From the IMG/VR virus record IMGVR_UViG_3300025131_000031, positions 1 through 63,847 of that record: a stretch of 63,847 nt of DNA, one strand, 5' to 3'. The notes under the pieces are model-generated. The model was not told where the DNA came from and made no database searches. It saw only the letters and a list, made by a program, of their open reading frames with translations. Below, piece by piece: positions 50,346-57,844 of the stretch (its first letter is position 1; every line of letters starts with the position of its first letter). The DNA is from a virus. Its lineage: Duplodnaviria; Caudoviricetes. The translations under genes were made by a program, and so were the position numbers.

Positions 50346-50516
50346 GTGAACCGCAGCAAAAGTCGTGATATGGAAGAAGAAGATTTCAAGTTAACTCGTT
50401 CGGAAAGAAAGAATGAAAACAGAAGAGATCGAAGATCGTCGAAAAACATCGAATTCGAGGATGATGAAGATGATAAGGAATATCACGAAATAATGAGGCA
50501 AAAAAGATTGAAATAA
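50346..50516 (+). CDS. small charged hypothetical protein
   Basis: GTG after AGGAG. Confidence 0.5.
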   Translation: MNRSKSRDMEEEDFKLTRSERKNENRRDRRSSKNIEFEDDEDDKEYHEIMRQKRLK

Positions 50517-50518
50517 AA

Positions 50519-50561
50519 TTGGTTTTATGTTTACTATCGGTCTCAGATTTGTTATATTATA
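50519..50561 (+). promoter_or_regulatory. conserved promoter element, copy 2
   Basis: TTGGTTTTATG-TTTACT-ATCGGTCTCAGATTTGT-TATATT. Confidence 0.75.
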
Positions 50562-50586
50562 TACACAATCATTAATAGGAACATAT

Positions 50587-50671
50587 GGGTAGTTATGCAA
50601 ACGGTAAAGCTGAGAGTCTGTAAAACTCTTGTCTTCGGACTTTGGGGGTTCAAATCCCTCACTGCCCACCA
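50587..50671 (+). tRNA. tRNA-Tyr(GUA)
   Basis: loop ctgtaaa, long variable arm gtc-ttcg-gac, CCA. Confidence 0.9.
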
Positions 50672-50691
50672 AAAAATAGTCAATGAAATTT

Positions 50692-50738
50692 TACATATAG
50701 TGTAATGGATTGCACACCGGTTCAAAACTCCCTGGCCA
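50692..50738 (+). pseudogene. tRNA remnant
   Basis: D-arm-like tagtgtaatggattgcac joined directly to ggttcaaa...gcca; anticodon arm missing. Confidence 0.4.
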
Positions 50739-50762
50739 AATAAACTCTAAGAAAGGTTTCAA

Positions 50763-51164
50763 ATGTCTACACGAAGTGTTATAGCAGCTCAATTATCTGA
50801 TGGAAAAGTAAAAGCAATTTATTGTCATTATGACGGTTATCCAGATCATGTTGGCAGGATTCTTCAAGAACACTATACTGATCAAGAAAAAATTGATGCT
50901 TTAATTGCACTTGGAGATTTAAGTTCGCTCGATGTAGAAATTACAAAACCAGAAGGACACACCTGGAAAGATCCTGTAGAAGGATATACGGTAGCCTATC
51001 ATAGAGATAGAGGAGAAGAATTAAGCATAACAGATTTGACAGTAGATAAATATTGTGTAGAAAGTTTTAAACTAGCAATCAATGATACATTTGGTTCAGT
51101 TGATTATCTTTATATCTGGACTGCAAAAGAAGAAAAGTGGTGTTGTGTAAAAGGCCACGGCTAG
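50763..51164 (+). CDS. hypothetical phage protein
   Basis: STRS.I, IYCHYDGYP..VG..L, AYHRDRGE. Confidence 0.75.
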   Translation: MSTRSVIAAQLSDGKVKAIYCHYDGYPDHVGRILQEHYTDQEKIDALIALGDLSSLDVEITKPEGHTWKDPVEGYTVAYHRDRGEELSITDLTVDKYCVESFKLAINDTFGSVDYLYIWTAKEEKWCCVKGHG

Positions 51165-51199
51165 CCGAGGGAAGATACGTTCGGATATTTTGAAATTAT

Positions 51200-51274
51200 G
51201 GGAGGGTAGTTCAACGGAAAGAACACGGGTCTTCTAAACCCAAAACCAGGGTTCGATTCCCTGTCCTCCTACCA
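51200..51274 (+). tRNA. tRNA-Arg(UCU)
   Basis: loop cttctaa, T arm, CCA. Confidence 0.9.
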
Positions 51275-51331
51275 TACACAAAATGTTGTAAAATAATGTA
51301 AAAAAAGGATTCAAATATATTTATGAAGTGT

Positions 51332-51418
51332 TTCGGAGTAGCTCAATTGGCAGAGCGCTTGGCTGTTAACCAAGAGGCCCTTATAAGGTTTAACCAGGTT
51401 CGATCCCTGGCTCCGGAG
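51332..51418 (+). tRNA. tRNA-Asn(GUU) with 19-nt variable region
   Basis: cttgg-ctgttaa-ccaag; ccagg-ttcgatc-cctgg; no encoded CCA. Confidence 0.85.
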
Positions 51419-51432
51419 CTTAATTAAGATAT

Positions 51433-51510
51433 TGTCCCGTAGCGTCTAATGGTCATGACACCAGACTTTGACTCTGGAGCTTGTCAGTTCGAATCTGACC
51501 GGGACTTCCA
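51433..51510 (+). tRNA. tRNA-Gln(UUG)
   Basis: ccaga-ctttgac-tctgg, 1:72 mismatch, CCA. Confidence 0.9.
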
Positions 51511-51723
51511 AACATAGGAGGGTAATACGATGAAAGTTGATTACGTCACATCTCCAGATTTTTCAAGAGGAGTTATCACAGTCGAAAGATTGGTTCCAAA
51601 GAAAAATAAGAACAGAGTAATGAAAGTCGTGGGTGTTCACAGCACTCCTGTTTTGACGAGAAATAGCAGACAAATAAATAGATTGATTAAGTTGTATGGA
51701 TAATATGTGTGAGTAAATTTTTA

Positions 51724-51797
51724 CAGTGAATAGCCAAGTGGTAAGGCGCACGGTTGTGGCCCGTGTTTCTAAGGTTCGATTCCTTATTCACTGACCA
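51724..51797 (+). tRNA. tRNA-His(GUG), no G-1, A73
   Basis: cagtgaa/ttcactg, cacgg-ttgtggc-ccgtg, A-CCA. Confidence 0.85.
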
Positions 51798-51813
51798 ATA
51801 AAAGGATAATCTG

Positions 51814-52044
51814 ATGGGAATGAGTGTTTTAATAAAGAATAAGAAACAATTGATGCAATCGAAAAAGTGGTTAGAAAACTTCTCGTTGTGGAAGAGAGAA
51901 TTAAAGAAAGAGAAAGTCAAAGATAATCCATTTAAGAATATTCAGATTGCAGCAGTCACTTCAGTTATAGATGAAATAAAAGGTCAAATAAAGTTGTATG
52001 AAGACAAAGAATCTGAACACGAAAAGAGTGTAAAAAAAAATTGA
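51814..52044 (+). CDS. hypothetical protein
   Basis: 76-aa ORF with AAGGA RBS. Confidence 0.55.
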   Translation: MGMSVLIKNKKQLMQSKKWLENFSLWKRELKKEKVKDNPFKNIQIAAVTSVIDEIKGQIKLYEDKESEHEKSVKKN

Positions 52045-52121
52045 TCGATTACGACTTAGAATCAGTCATTTAGAAACCCAGGTGAAGAAACAAGGACCTT
52101 CAAGGATTAGATAAAAACATA

Positions 52122-52292
52122 ATGAGCAATACACGAAAAGATCAACCAGATATTAGAAAGTCAGTATTGTCAGTTCCTTCAGATTTTAAACGATCAAGAA
52201 GAAGAGAAGAAAGATCGAGAGCAAAATTAGCAGTTAGAATGGGCAAAGACCCAGAAAGAATACGACATAGCGACTGGCGAGATTACACATAG
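52122..52292 (+). CDS. small Arg-rich hypothetical protein
   Basis: MSNTRKDQP...PSDFKR.RRREERSRAK, 56 aa. Confidence 0.5.
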   Translation: MSNTRKDQPDIRKSVLSVPSDFKRSRRREERSRAKLAVRMGKDPERIRHSDWRDYT

Positions 52293-52298
52293 AAATAT

Positions 52299-52376
52299 GG
52301 ATCGGTAGCAAAAACTGGCTTTAGGATTCGCCTTTTAAGCGAGAGTATGGGGGTTCAATTCCCTCCCGGTCCACCA
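52299..52376 (+). tRNA. tRNA-Lys(UUU)
   Basis: loop cttttaa, CCA; weak D arm. Confidence 0.75.
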
Positions 52377-52383
52377 AAAATTT

Positions 52384-52458
52384 GGGGGTATAACTTAGTG
52401 GAGAAAGTACCGGTCTTTTAAATCGGTAACCAGAGTTCGATTCTCTGTGCCCCTACCA
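52384..52458 (+). tRNA. tRNA-Lys(UUU), second copy
   Basis: ccggt-cttttaa-atcgg, CCA. Confidence 0.9.
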
Positions 52459-52463
52459 CATTT

Positions 52464-52535
52464 GAGGACGATGTCTGTGAATAACCAATAGCAGAGGATC
52501 ACGCCTAGATACCAAACTCGTCTAGCTCGCCCCGG
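52464..52535 (+). ncRNA. candidate small structured RNA
   Basis: ggacga/tcgccc enclosing tctgt/gcaga and ctagat/gtctag hairpins, both loops containing ACCAA. Confidence 0.35.
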
Positions 52536-52540
52536 AAAAA

Positions 52541-52645
52541 ATTAGATAGCAATAGACAAGAGTTACTTCCGGTTCAATTCCGATGTTCCCCACCATATGA
52601 GGGGAATGCCTTTAGGGGCTTTTACTCTACTAGATTTTCTTTTGA
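52541..52645 (+). ncRNA. YrlA-like Y RNA (unit 5) with permuted tRNA-like domain
   Basis: AGCAA, tag/cta, agagt/actct, TACTTC; then T arm cgg-ttcaatt-ccg, loop-closed acceptor-like stem gttcccc/ggggaat and a short D-like hairpin. Confidence 0.75.
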
Positions 52646-52655
52646 TTCATTATAA

Positions 52656-52731
52656 CCCTTCGTAGTTTAATGAACAAAACGCTTGAATACGAATCAAGTA
52701 GATGTGAGTTTGAATCTCGCCGAAGGGTCCA
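52656..52731 (+). tRNA. tRNA-Arg(ACG)
   Basis: cccttcg/cgaaggg, cttga-atacgaa-tcaag, atypical T loop tttgaat, CCA. Confidence 0.8.
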
Positions 52732-52788
52732 CTTTAATGAACTACACAATATAAAGATTGAAAAACTTTGGGTCACCCTAGTTTTATT

Positions 52789-52831
52789 TTGGTTTTAGGT
52801 TTACAATCGCCTCTAGATTGATTATATTTAT
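52789..52831 (+). promoter_or_regulatory. conserved promoter element, copy 3
   Basis: TTGGTTTTAGG-TTTACA-ATCGCCTCTAGATTGAT-TATATT. Confidence 0.75.
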
Positions 52832-52872
52832 ATACAGAATATAATTAAATGGTTTTAGACTAAGGAGATAGA

Positions 52873-53262
52873 ATGCCAGTAAATAATGATGAAAAATGGA
52901 AACGCTTGTTTATGAATGGTTATGATGAAGGCTTCAAAGCTGCCAGGGCACACACACCACAGCCCATGACCGTTCTGACAACCGTAGGAAGCTTCTGTGA
53001 TAAGAATCCAAAGGGAAATGAGTATGTCGTCCCAGACGGGCTCTGTGGGTTTGCATCTGTAATCGTCAAACCGGGCAATTCTTCGTTCGCTAAGTGGTTA
53101 AAAAATGAAGGTTTAGCCGAGAAACATTACTATGGTGGCGTATATATCTGGATTTCGGATCACAATCAAAGCTATGAGAGGAAGAAAGTTCACGCCAATA
53201 AAATGGCAGAGATTTTCCAGCTGGCAGGGATTGCAGCACACGCAGAAAGTAGATTAGATTGA
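52873..53262 (+). CDS. hypothetical phage protein
   Basis: GLCGFA.V...FAKWLK...QSYERK...SRLD; AAGGAG RBS. Confidence 0.75.
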   Translation: MPVNNDEKWKRLFMNGYDEGFKAARAHTPQPMTVLTTVGSFCDKNPKGNEYVVPDGLCGFASVIVKPGNSSFAKWLKNEGLAEKHYYGGVYIWISDHNQSYERKKVHANKMAEIFQLAGIAAHAESRLD

Positions 53263-53421
53263 TGATTTATTGTGGATTAGAAGTTGCATTGGTTATAGCA
53301 TTGGTGGCGGGGTTCAAATATTGTCGAGATTGTGGAAGACGAATTTGTGATTGCATAAAAGAACTGAAAAAGAAGAAGAGGCAAGAGAGTTTCATAAAGA
53401 AATATGCTTATAAAAACTAAT

Positions 53422-53510
53422 GGCCAAGTGGCGAAACGGCAAACGCGGTAGGCTTAAACCCTGCTGGACGATTAATCTCCTTAAGGGTTCGAATCCCTTC
53501 TTGGCTACCA
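53422..53510 (+). tRNA. tRNA-Leu(UAA)
   Basis: loop cttaaac, long variable arm, A73-CCA. Confidence 0.9.
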
Positions 53511-53527
53511 TACACGAAAGGAAGAAT

Positions 53528-54205
53528 ATGTATAAGAATTTGTCAGTAAAATGTATGAGATCTGAATCTGATAATGGAGCAACTAAAATATTCAACTATA
53601 GAGCTCTTAAGTCCGGTGAATTTCTCAATTGTAGAATAGATAGATTGGCAACAGGTTATAGAAATATTCGATCAAAAACAGAATACATTCGTAGTAAGAG
53701 AACTTATATGATTCAGAATGATGCATCAAGATATATTATTCCTAAGGGATTATTTGATGAAGCTTTAGAATTATCATATCAGACAAAAAAATCCGATGAT
53801 CAGAACATCTTAGGTCCCTGGCCTGAGCCATATGAACACGAAATATTTTTATTCAGACCAGCAGGAATTGCGTGTGACACGCAAGCAGCAAAAAATCAAG
53901 CTTTATTTCTTAGATCATATGAAGATTGTAATCTTTATAATACTACAGTACAGAATATGATTACGACGCATGATTTAACTGATTGCTTTAGATCACCTGA
54001 TTATGTAAGACCAGAAGTTAATGAGGTTTCAGAAAGTCCATTCGATCATGATGATGAAGGACAGATTGAAAGAGTAAGAGTTGATGATCCTTGGGATCAT
54101 GAAGAAATTGCACAGCAATGCAGAGTTGGAAGTCCAGAAGAAAAAGCTGATCCGGTAGTTGATTTTTTCAATAATCCAAATCCGGATGAAGATATACCAT
54201 TTTAA
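53528..54205 (+). CDS. hypothetical protein with acidic ...DEDIPF tail
   Basis: start moved downstream of tRNA-Leu; C-terminus resembles the SSB-type DDIPF tail. Confidence 0.65.
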   Translation: MYKNLSVKCMRSESDNGATKIFNYRALKSGEFLNCRIDRLATGYRNIRSKTEYIRSKRTYMIQNDASRYIIPKGLFDEALELSYQTKKSDDQNILGPWPEPYEHEIFLFRPAGIACDTQAAKNQALFLRSYEDCNLYNTTVQNMITTHDLTDCFRSPDYVRPEVNEVSESPFDHDDEGQIERVRVDDPWDHEEIAQQCRVGSPEEKADPVVDFFNNPNPDEDIPF

Positions 54206-54293
54206 GGTAGGTACTGCGGAAAGGTCTGCAATCCGGTTTGAACCCGGAGGGGGTGTCAAAAGCCAGGGGTTCGATTCCTCTACCTACCTTCCA
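54205..54293 (+). tRNA. tRNA with Ser anticodon (UGA) on a Sec-like 8/5 scaffold
   Basis: 8-bp acceptor aggtaggt/acctacct, 6-bp D stem tgcgga/tctgca with 4-nt loop, tccgg-tttgaac-ccgga, long variable arm, U73-CCA. Confidence 0.8.
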
Positions 54294-54311
54294 TTAACTA
54301 AAGGTTATTAA

Positions 54312-54569
54312 ATGCTTGCTAAAAAAGATGTTAATTTCCGACATCACAGAGAATCTTGTAACACTTGCAAATATGCAGAGTTCTTAAGCGAAGGAAGATT
54401 CTGGGAATTTAGATGTCCCTTGTTAGAAGATGGGCAAGTTATAATTTCTATAGATATTGGAAAAATTTTAGATGCATCAAGACAATACGTTTGTGATAAT
54501 TTCGATCCAGATCAGTCAATGACAGTTGCTGATAAATTGGATGTTGAAATTAGTAAATTTGATAATTAA
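54312..54569 (+). CDS. small Cys-rich protein
   Basis: CNTC...C...VCD.F. Confidence 0.6.
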   Translation: MLAKKDVNFRHHRESCNTCKYAEFLSEGRFWEFRCPLLEDGQVIISIDIGKILDASRQYVCDNFDPDQSMTVADKLDVEISKFDN

Positions 54570-54655
54570 GCTAGGTTGGCTCAGCGGCGACAGTACCGCC
54601 CTTGTAAGGCGACGAGTAAATCTCCACCACGGTTCGAGTCCGTGACCTAGCTCCA
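54570..54655 (+). tRNA. tRNA-Thr(UGU) with extended variable arm
   Basis: gctaggt/acctagc, loop cttgtaa, gag-taaat-ctc arm, CCA. Confidence 0.85.
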
Positions 54656-54665
54656 TATTTATAAT

Positions 54666-54741
54666 GGTGCGGTAGCCAAGAGGCTTAAGGCACGAGGTTG
54701 CAACCCTCAGATCGTGAGTTCGATCCTCACCCGTACCTCCA
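54666..54741 (+). tRNA. tRNA-Cys(GCA)
   Basis: loop ttgcaac, U73-CCA. Confidence 0.9.
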
Positions 54742-54756
54742 AATTAGAAAGACAAG

Positions 54757-55260
54757 ATGAAATTCAATTGGAATTTTGGTCGCTCATATGGTTATAAGAC
54801 AATAAAGATAGTGAATAATTCCCGCAACAATGATCCAGCCTACGAGACAGAGAATAGTTCGGGAATTGATTTAAGAGCTGATGTATTGACACCACACCAT
54901 GCAGAAGAATTAGATGCATTCAAATTAGCAATTCCTTGCGGCGAAAGAAGAATAATATCAACAGGAATTCATGTTGAAATTCCAAAAGGTTATGAAGGAC
55001 AAGTAAGAAGTAGATCAGGATTAGCAGCTAAGCAAGGAGTATTTGTTTTGAATTCTCCGGGAACTATTGATTCTGATTATAGAGGTGAAATCAAAGTTAT
55101 ACTGCAGAATTTAGGAGTTGAAGCTTTCTTCATAGAGCAAGGTGATAGAATTGCACAATTAGTTTTCTCACCAGTAGAACAATTCAATTTCGAAAAGGTT
55201 TTTAAACTCAAAGAAACAGAAAGAGGATCCGGCGGATTTGGATCTACAGGAAAAAATTAA
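54757..55260 (+). CDS. dut: dUTPase (trimeric)
   Basis: [40 protein letters not shown]. Confidence 0.97.
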   Translation: MKFNWNFGRSYGYKTIKIVNNSRNNDPAYETENSSGIDLRADVLTPHHAEELDAFKLAIPCGERRIISTGIHVEIPKGYEGQVRSRSGLAAKQGVFVLNSPGTIDSDYRGEIKVILQNLGVEAFFIEQGDRIAQLVFSPVEQFNFEKVFKLKETERGSGGFGSTGKN

Positions 55261-55518
55261 GATGCGGGCATCTTGTGGCTTCATTTACTTCATACAAAAT
55301 ATAAGTTTTTGTCCAAAATGTAACTATACGGGAGTTTCAGATGCCAAAGTCAAATAAGAGAGTAAAAGCTGATCAAAATTATAGAACTCATAATGGAGCT
55401 ATAGTGAAAAATGTTTTGCTCATTAGATATGGCAAGAAGAAGGCTTGGGTGGGTGAAGTGAATGATAAATTTGTTTTTGATAAGAATGGTGAACCAAAGA
55501 GATTTAACACATTTTAAT

Positions 55519-55591
55519 GCATCACTAGTTCAATCGGTAGAACACCTCGCTGCCAACGAGGAGGTAATGGGATCGTAGCCCATGTGATGCT
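55519..55591 (+). tRNA. tRNA-Gly(GCC)
   Basis: gcatcac/gtgatgc, cctcg-ctgccaa-cgagg, U73; atypical T loop; no CCA. Confidence 0.8.
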
Positions 55592-55691
55592 CTCTCAAAT
55601 AATTGTTATTTATCAGAAGAAATAGTTAAAATAGCCGAAGCACATTCGAGAAGATTAAGAACTTATTGGACAAATTGAAAAGGCCGTAAAA

Positions 55692-56090
55692 ATGGATGAT
55701 TATTATTATGTAACATTCAGAGAAACAAAAGATAAATCTAAAAGAATGAAAGCAATTAGCACTATTTGGGTTTATATGGAAACACCAGATAGATTAGTTC
55801 CAGACAATGAGCCTGAAAGTTTCAAAAATAGAGTAATCAGAGAATTAGAAGATTGGGGCTATGAGGAACCAGAAGTTATTCAATGCAAGAGTGTAATAAG
55901 CGTTGATGATCCTGAAGCTCTTTGCGAATTAATCGATGATGAATTAGAAAATGGAAATCAACATAGATTGGTAGGATCAGCAAATCAATTTTTAGATGCT
56001 GCAAGAAAATGTCATGTTGATGAAAATCACTTACCAATATTTATGAGAACAGTTAGAGATATTTTGACACCAAATATTATGCCCGAGTAG
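55692..56090 (+). CDS. hypothetical protein
   Basis: 132 aa; stop lies inside tRNA-Leu. Confidence 0.6.
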   Translation: MDDYYYVTFRETKDKSKRMKAISTIWVYMETPDRLVPDNEPESFKNRVIRELEDWGYEEPEVIQCKSVISVDDPEALCELIDDELENGNQHRLVGSANQFLDAARKCHVDENHLPIFMRTVRDILTPNIMPE

Positions 56091-56165
56091 GCGAACGGCT
56101 TAGCCGACGGTCTTAGACACCGTGTCCTTTGGACAATGTGGGTTCGAATCCCACTTCGGGTACCA
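56081..56165 (+). tRNA. tRNA-Leu(UAG)
   Basis: acggt-cttagac-accgt, variable arm gtcc-ttt-ggac, CCA. Confidence 0.9.
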
Positions 56166-56210
56166 TTTTTCCTTGAATTATATTTATTATAAACAAGGAG
56201 AGCTATAAGG

Positions 56211-56612
56211 ATGAACACAGAGTTTAAGTGGTTTTATTCAATACTTACAATTACAACAGTTTGGTTGATAATCACTTTAACGCAATGTGCAGCACCAAAA
56301 CTAAATTCTAATTTTCAAGGAACTTGGTTTCATGAAGGTCTTATAACAAATGATCAGTTTGAAATCAAGAATCGTAGTCGTTTCGAAAGAATATCTGAAA
56401 TAAGATCATCGGGTGAATTTACGCGATGGTTTGGAAAATACGAATTAGATGAAGATGAACGAAGTGTTATATTTTCCAAGCACGGAGTGATTTTCAAGAA
56501 TCGAGTGATCAACTTTCTAAAGACACAGAAGATTGCGATTCCAATGTTATTCTATCAAATTAGTGAAGATTCAGTAATGCTTGATAATATTTTATACATT
56601 AGAACAGATTAA
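56211..56612 (+). CDS. putative exported protein or lipoprotein
   Basis: hydrophobic leader ending LTQC; F.GTW motif. Confidence 0.55.
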   Translation: MNTEFKWFYSILTITTVWLIITLTQCAAPKLNSNFQGTWFHEGLITNDQFEIKNRSRFERISEIRSSGEFTRWFGKYELDEDERSVIFSKHGVIFKNRVINFLKTQKIAIPMLFYQISEDSVMLDNILYIRTD

Positions 56613-56614
56613 TT

Positions 56615-56657
56615 TTGGTTTTAGGTCTACAATCGTCACTAGATTTGTTATATTATA
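56615..56657 (+). promoter_or_regulatory. conserved promoter element, copy 4
   Basis: TTGGTTTTAGG-TCTACA-ATCGTCACTAGATTTGT-TATATT. Confidence 0.75.
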
Positions 56658-56685
56658 ACAGTACAATAACTTAAGAGGTTTTAAT

Positions 56686-56889
56686 ATGATGTTACTAATG
56701 GTCACAATCTGTTTCGTTGGAACATTCTTTAAAGTATTCAGAATGCTCGATAGATTAAATGATCTTTCTAAAGAATCTATAATTCAAAGAGAATTGATTA
56801 GAATACATGCTGAACGTGAAAGAAAAGAGCTTAAAAGACAGATAGATGAATTGAGAAATGATATTCATATCGGGGAATGGTCTAGTTAG
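56686..56889 (+). CDS. small membrane/coiled-coil protein
   Basis: GAGG RBS; stop lies inside tRNA-Pro. Confidence 0.55.
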   Translation: MMLLMVTICFVGTFFKVFRMLDRLNDLSKESIIQRELIRIHAERERKELKRQIDELRNDIHIGEWSS

Positions 56890-56951
56890 GTTTAGGACGC
56901 CTGCTTTGGGAGCAGGAAACTTCGCAGGTTCAAATCCTGCTTCCCCGACCA
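56871..56951 (+). tRNA. tRNA-Pro(UGG)
   Basis: cggggaa/ttccccg, cctgc-tttggga-gcagg, CCA. Confidence 0.9.
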
Positions 56952-56970
56952 TAAACTAAAAGGTTATAGA

Positions 56971-57588
56971 ATGATAGAAACATGGTTTACATCTGACACA
57001 CATTTCAATCATGCTAATATAATCAAATATTGCAATCGGCCGTTTGTTAATATAGACGAAATGGATGCGGTTCTAATTGATAATTGGAATGAGAGAGTTA
57101 AGCCGAATGATATTGTGTGGCATTTAGGAGATTTTATATTTAGCAGAAATTGGAAAGAGATTGCTAAACTTGCTAATAGACTGAATGGTAAGATAAGTCT
57201 ATTGAAAGGAAATCATGATAAATATCTCTATAAGAATAGGCACTCTCTAATAAATAATAAAGGATGGGGAACAAATTCTTTTGACACAATATCCGATTCG
57301 TACAAAGAAGTAAATATAAATGGTCAGAGAATGACTCTCTGTCATTATGGAATGAGAGTTTGGAATGCATCGCATTGGGGAAATTGGCATTTGTATGGTC
57401 ATTCACACGATACACTTCCTAGTCTTGGCAGAAGTTTTGATGTTGGTGTAGATGCTAATGATTACAAACCACTTCACTTCGATGAAGTAAAAGCAAAAAT
57501 GGACAAGATGGATTTTGTTCCAGTAGATGGACATAAACCAGAGTATGAACAAGTTAAAGAGGTTTTTAAGGAGAACAGGAAATTGTAG
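56971..57588 (+). CDS. calcineurin-like metallophosphoesterase
   Basis: SDTHFNH, LGD, GNHD, CHY, GHSH, DVGVD. Confidence 0.9.
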   Translation: MIETWFTSDTHFNHANIIKYCNRPFVNIDEMDAVLIDNWNERVKPNDIVWHLGDFIFSRNWKEIAKLANRLNGKISLLKGNHDKYLYKNRHSLINNKGWGTNSFDTISDSYKEVNINGQRMTLCHYGMRVWNASHWGNWHLYGHSHDTLPSLGRSFDVGVDANDYKPLHFDEVKAKMDKMDFVPVDGHKPEYEQVKEVFKENRKL

Positions 57589-57663
57589 GGAGAAAGCATA
57601 ACAGGTATATGCCGCACTCTTATAAAGTGCAGATAGTGGGTTCAAGTCCCATTCTCCCCACCA
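57587..57663 (+). tRNA. tRNA-Ile(UAU)
   Basis: gcact-cttataa-agtgc, T arm, A73-CCA; A1:C72 mismatch. Confidence 0.8.
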
Positions 57664-57667
57664 CTTT

Positions 57668-57740
57668 GAGGATACAACGAGGGCTTGACGTGCAAGAGAC
57701 GTGCAAGATGTGATTGGTTCAAATCCTGTATCGCCTACCA
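57668..57740 (+). pseudogene. degenerate tRNA with an internal 11-nt duplication
   Basis: ggttcaaatcc and ACCA retained; gacgtgcaaga x2 replaces the anticodon arm. Confidence 0.5.
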
Positions 57741-57749
57741 AAAAATTAT

Positions 57750-57825
57750 GCCTGGGTTGCTTAGCGGCTAAAGCGTCTGTCCTACAAACAGATTATCGTG
57801 GGTTCGAGTCCCACCCTAGGTACCA
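57750..57825 (+). tRNA. tRNA-Val(UAC), C33
   Basis: tctgt-cctacaa-acaga, CCA. Confidence 0.85.
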
Positions 57826-57844
57826 AATATTCAGGAGAATTACT

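Noticed and set aside
55262-55357. Possible sixth Y-like unit (ggcatct/agatgcc stem with TACTTC)
   Set aside because: It lacks AGCAA and the stem geometry of the other units, and reads equally well as a 31-aa zinc-ribbon ORF (SCG...CPKC)
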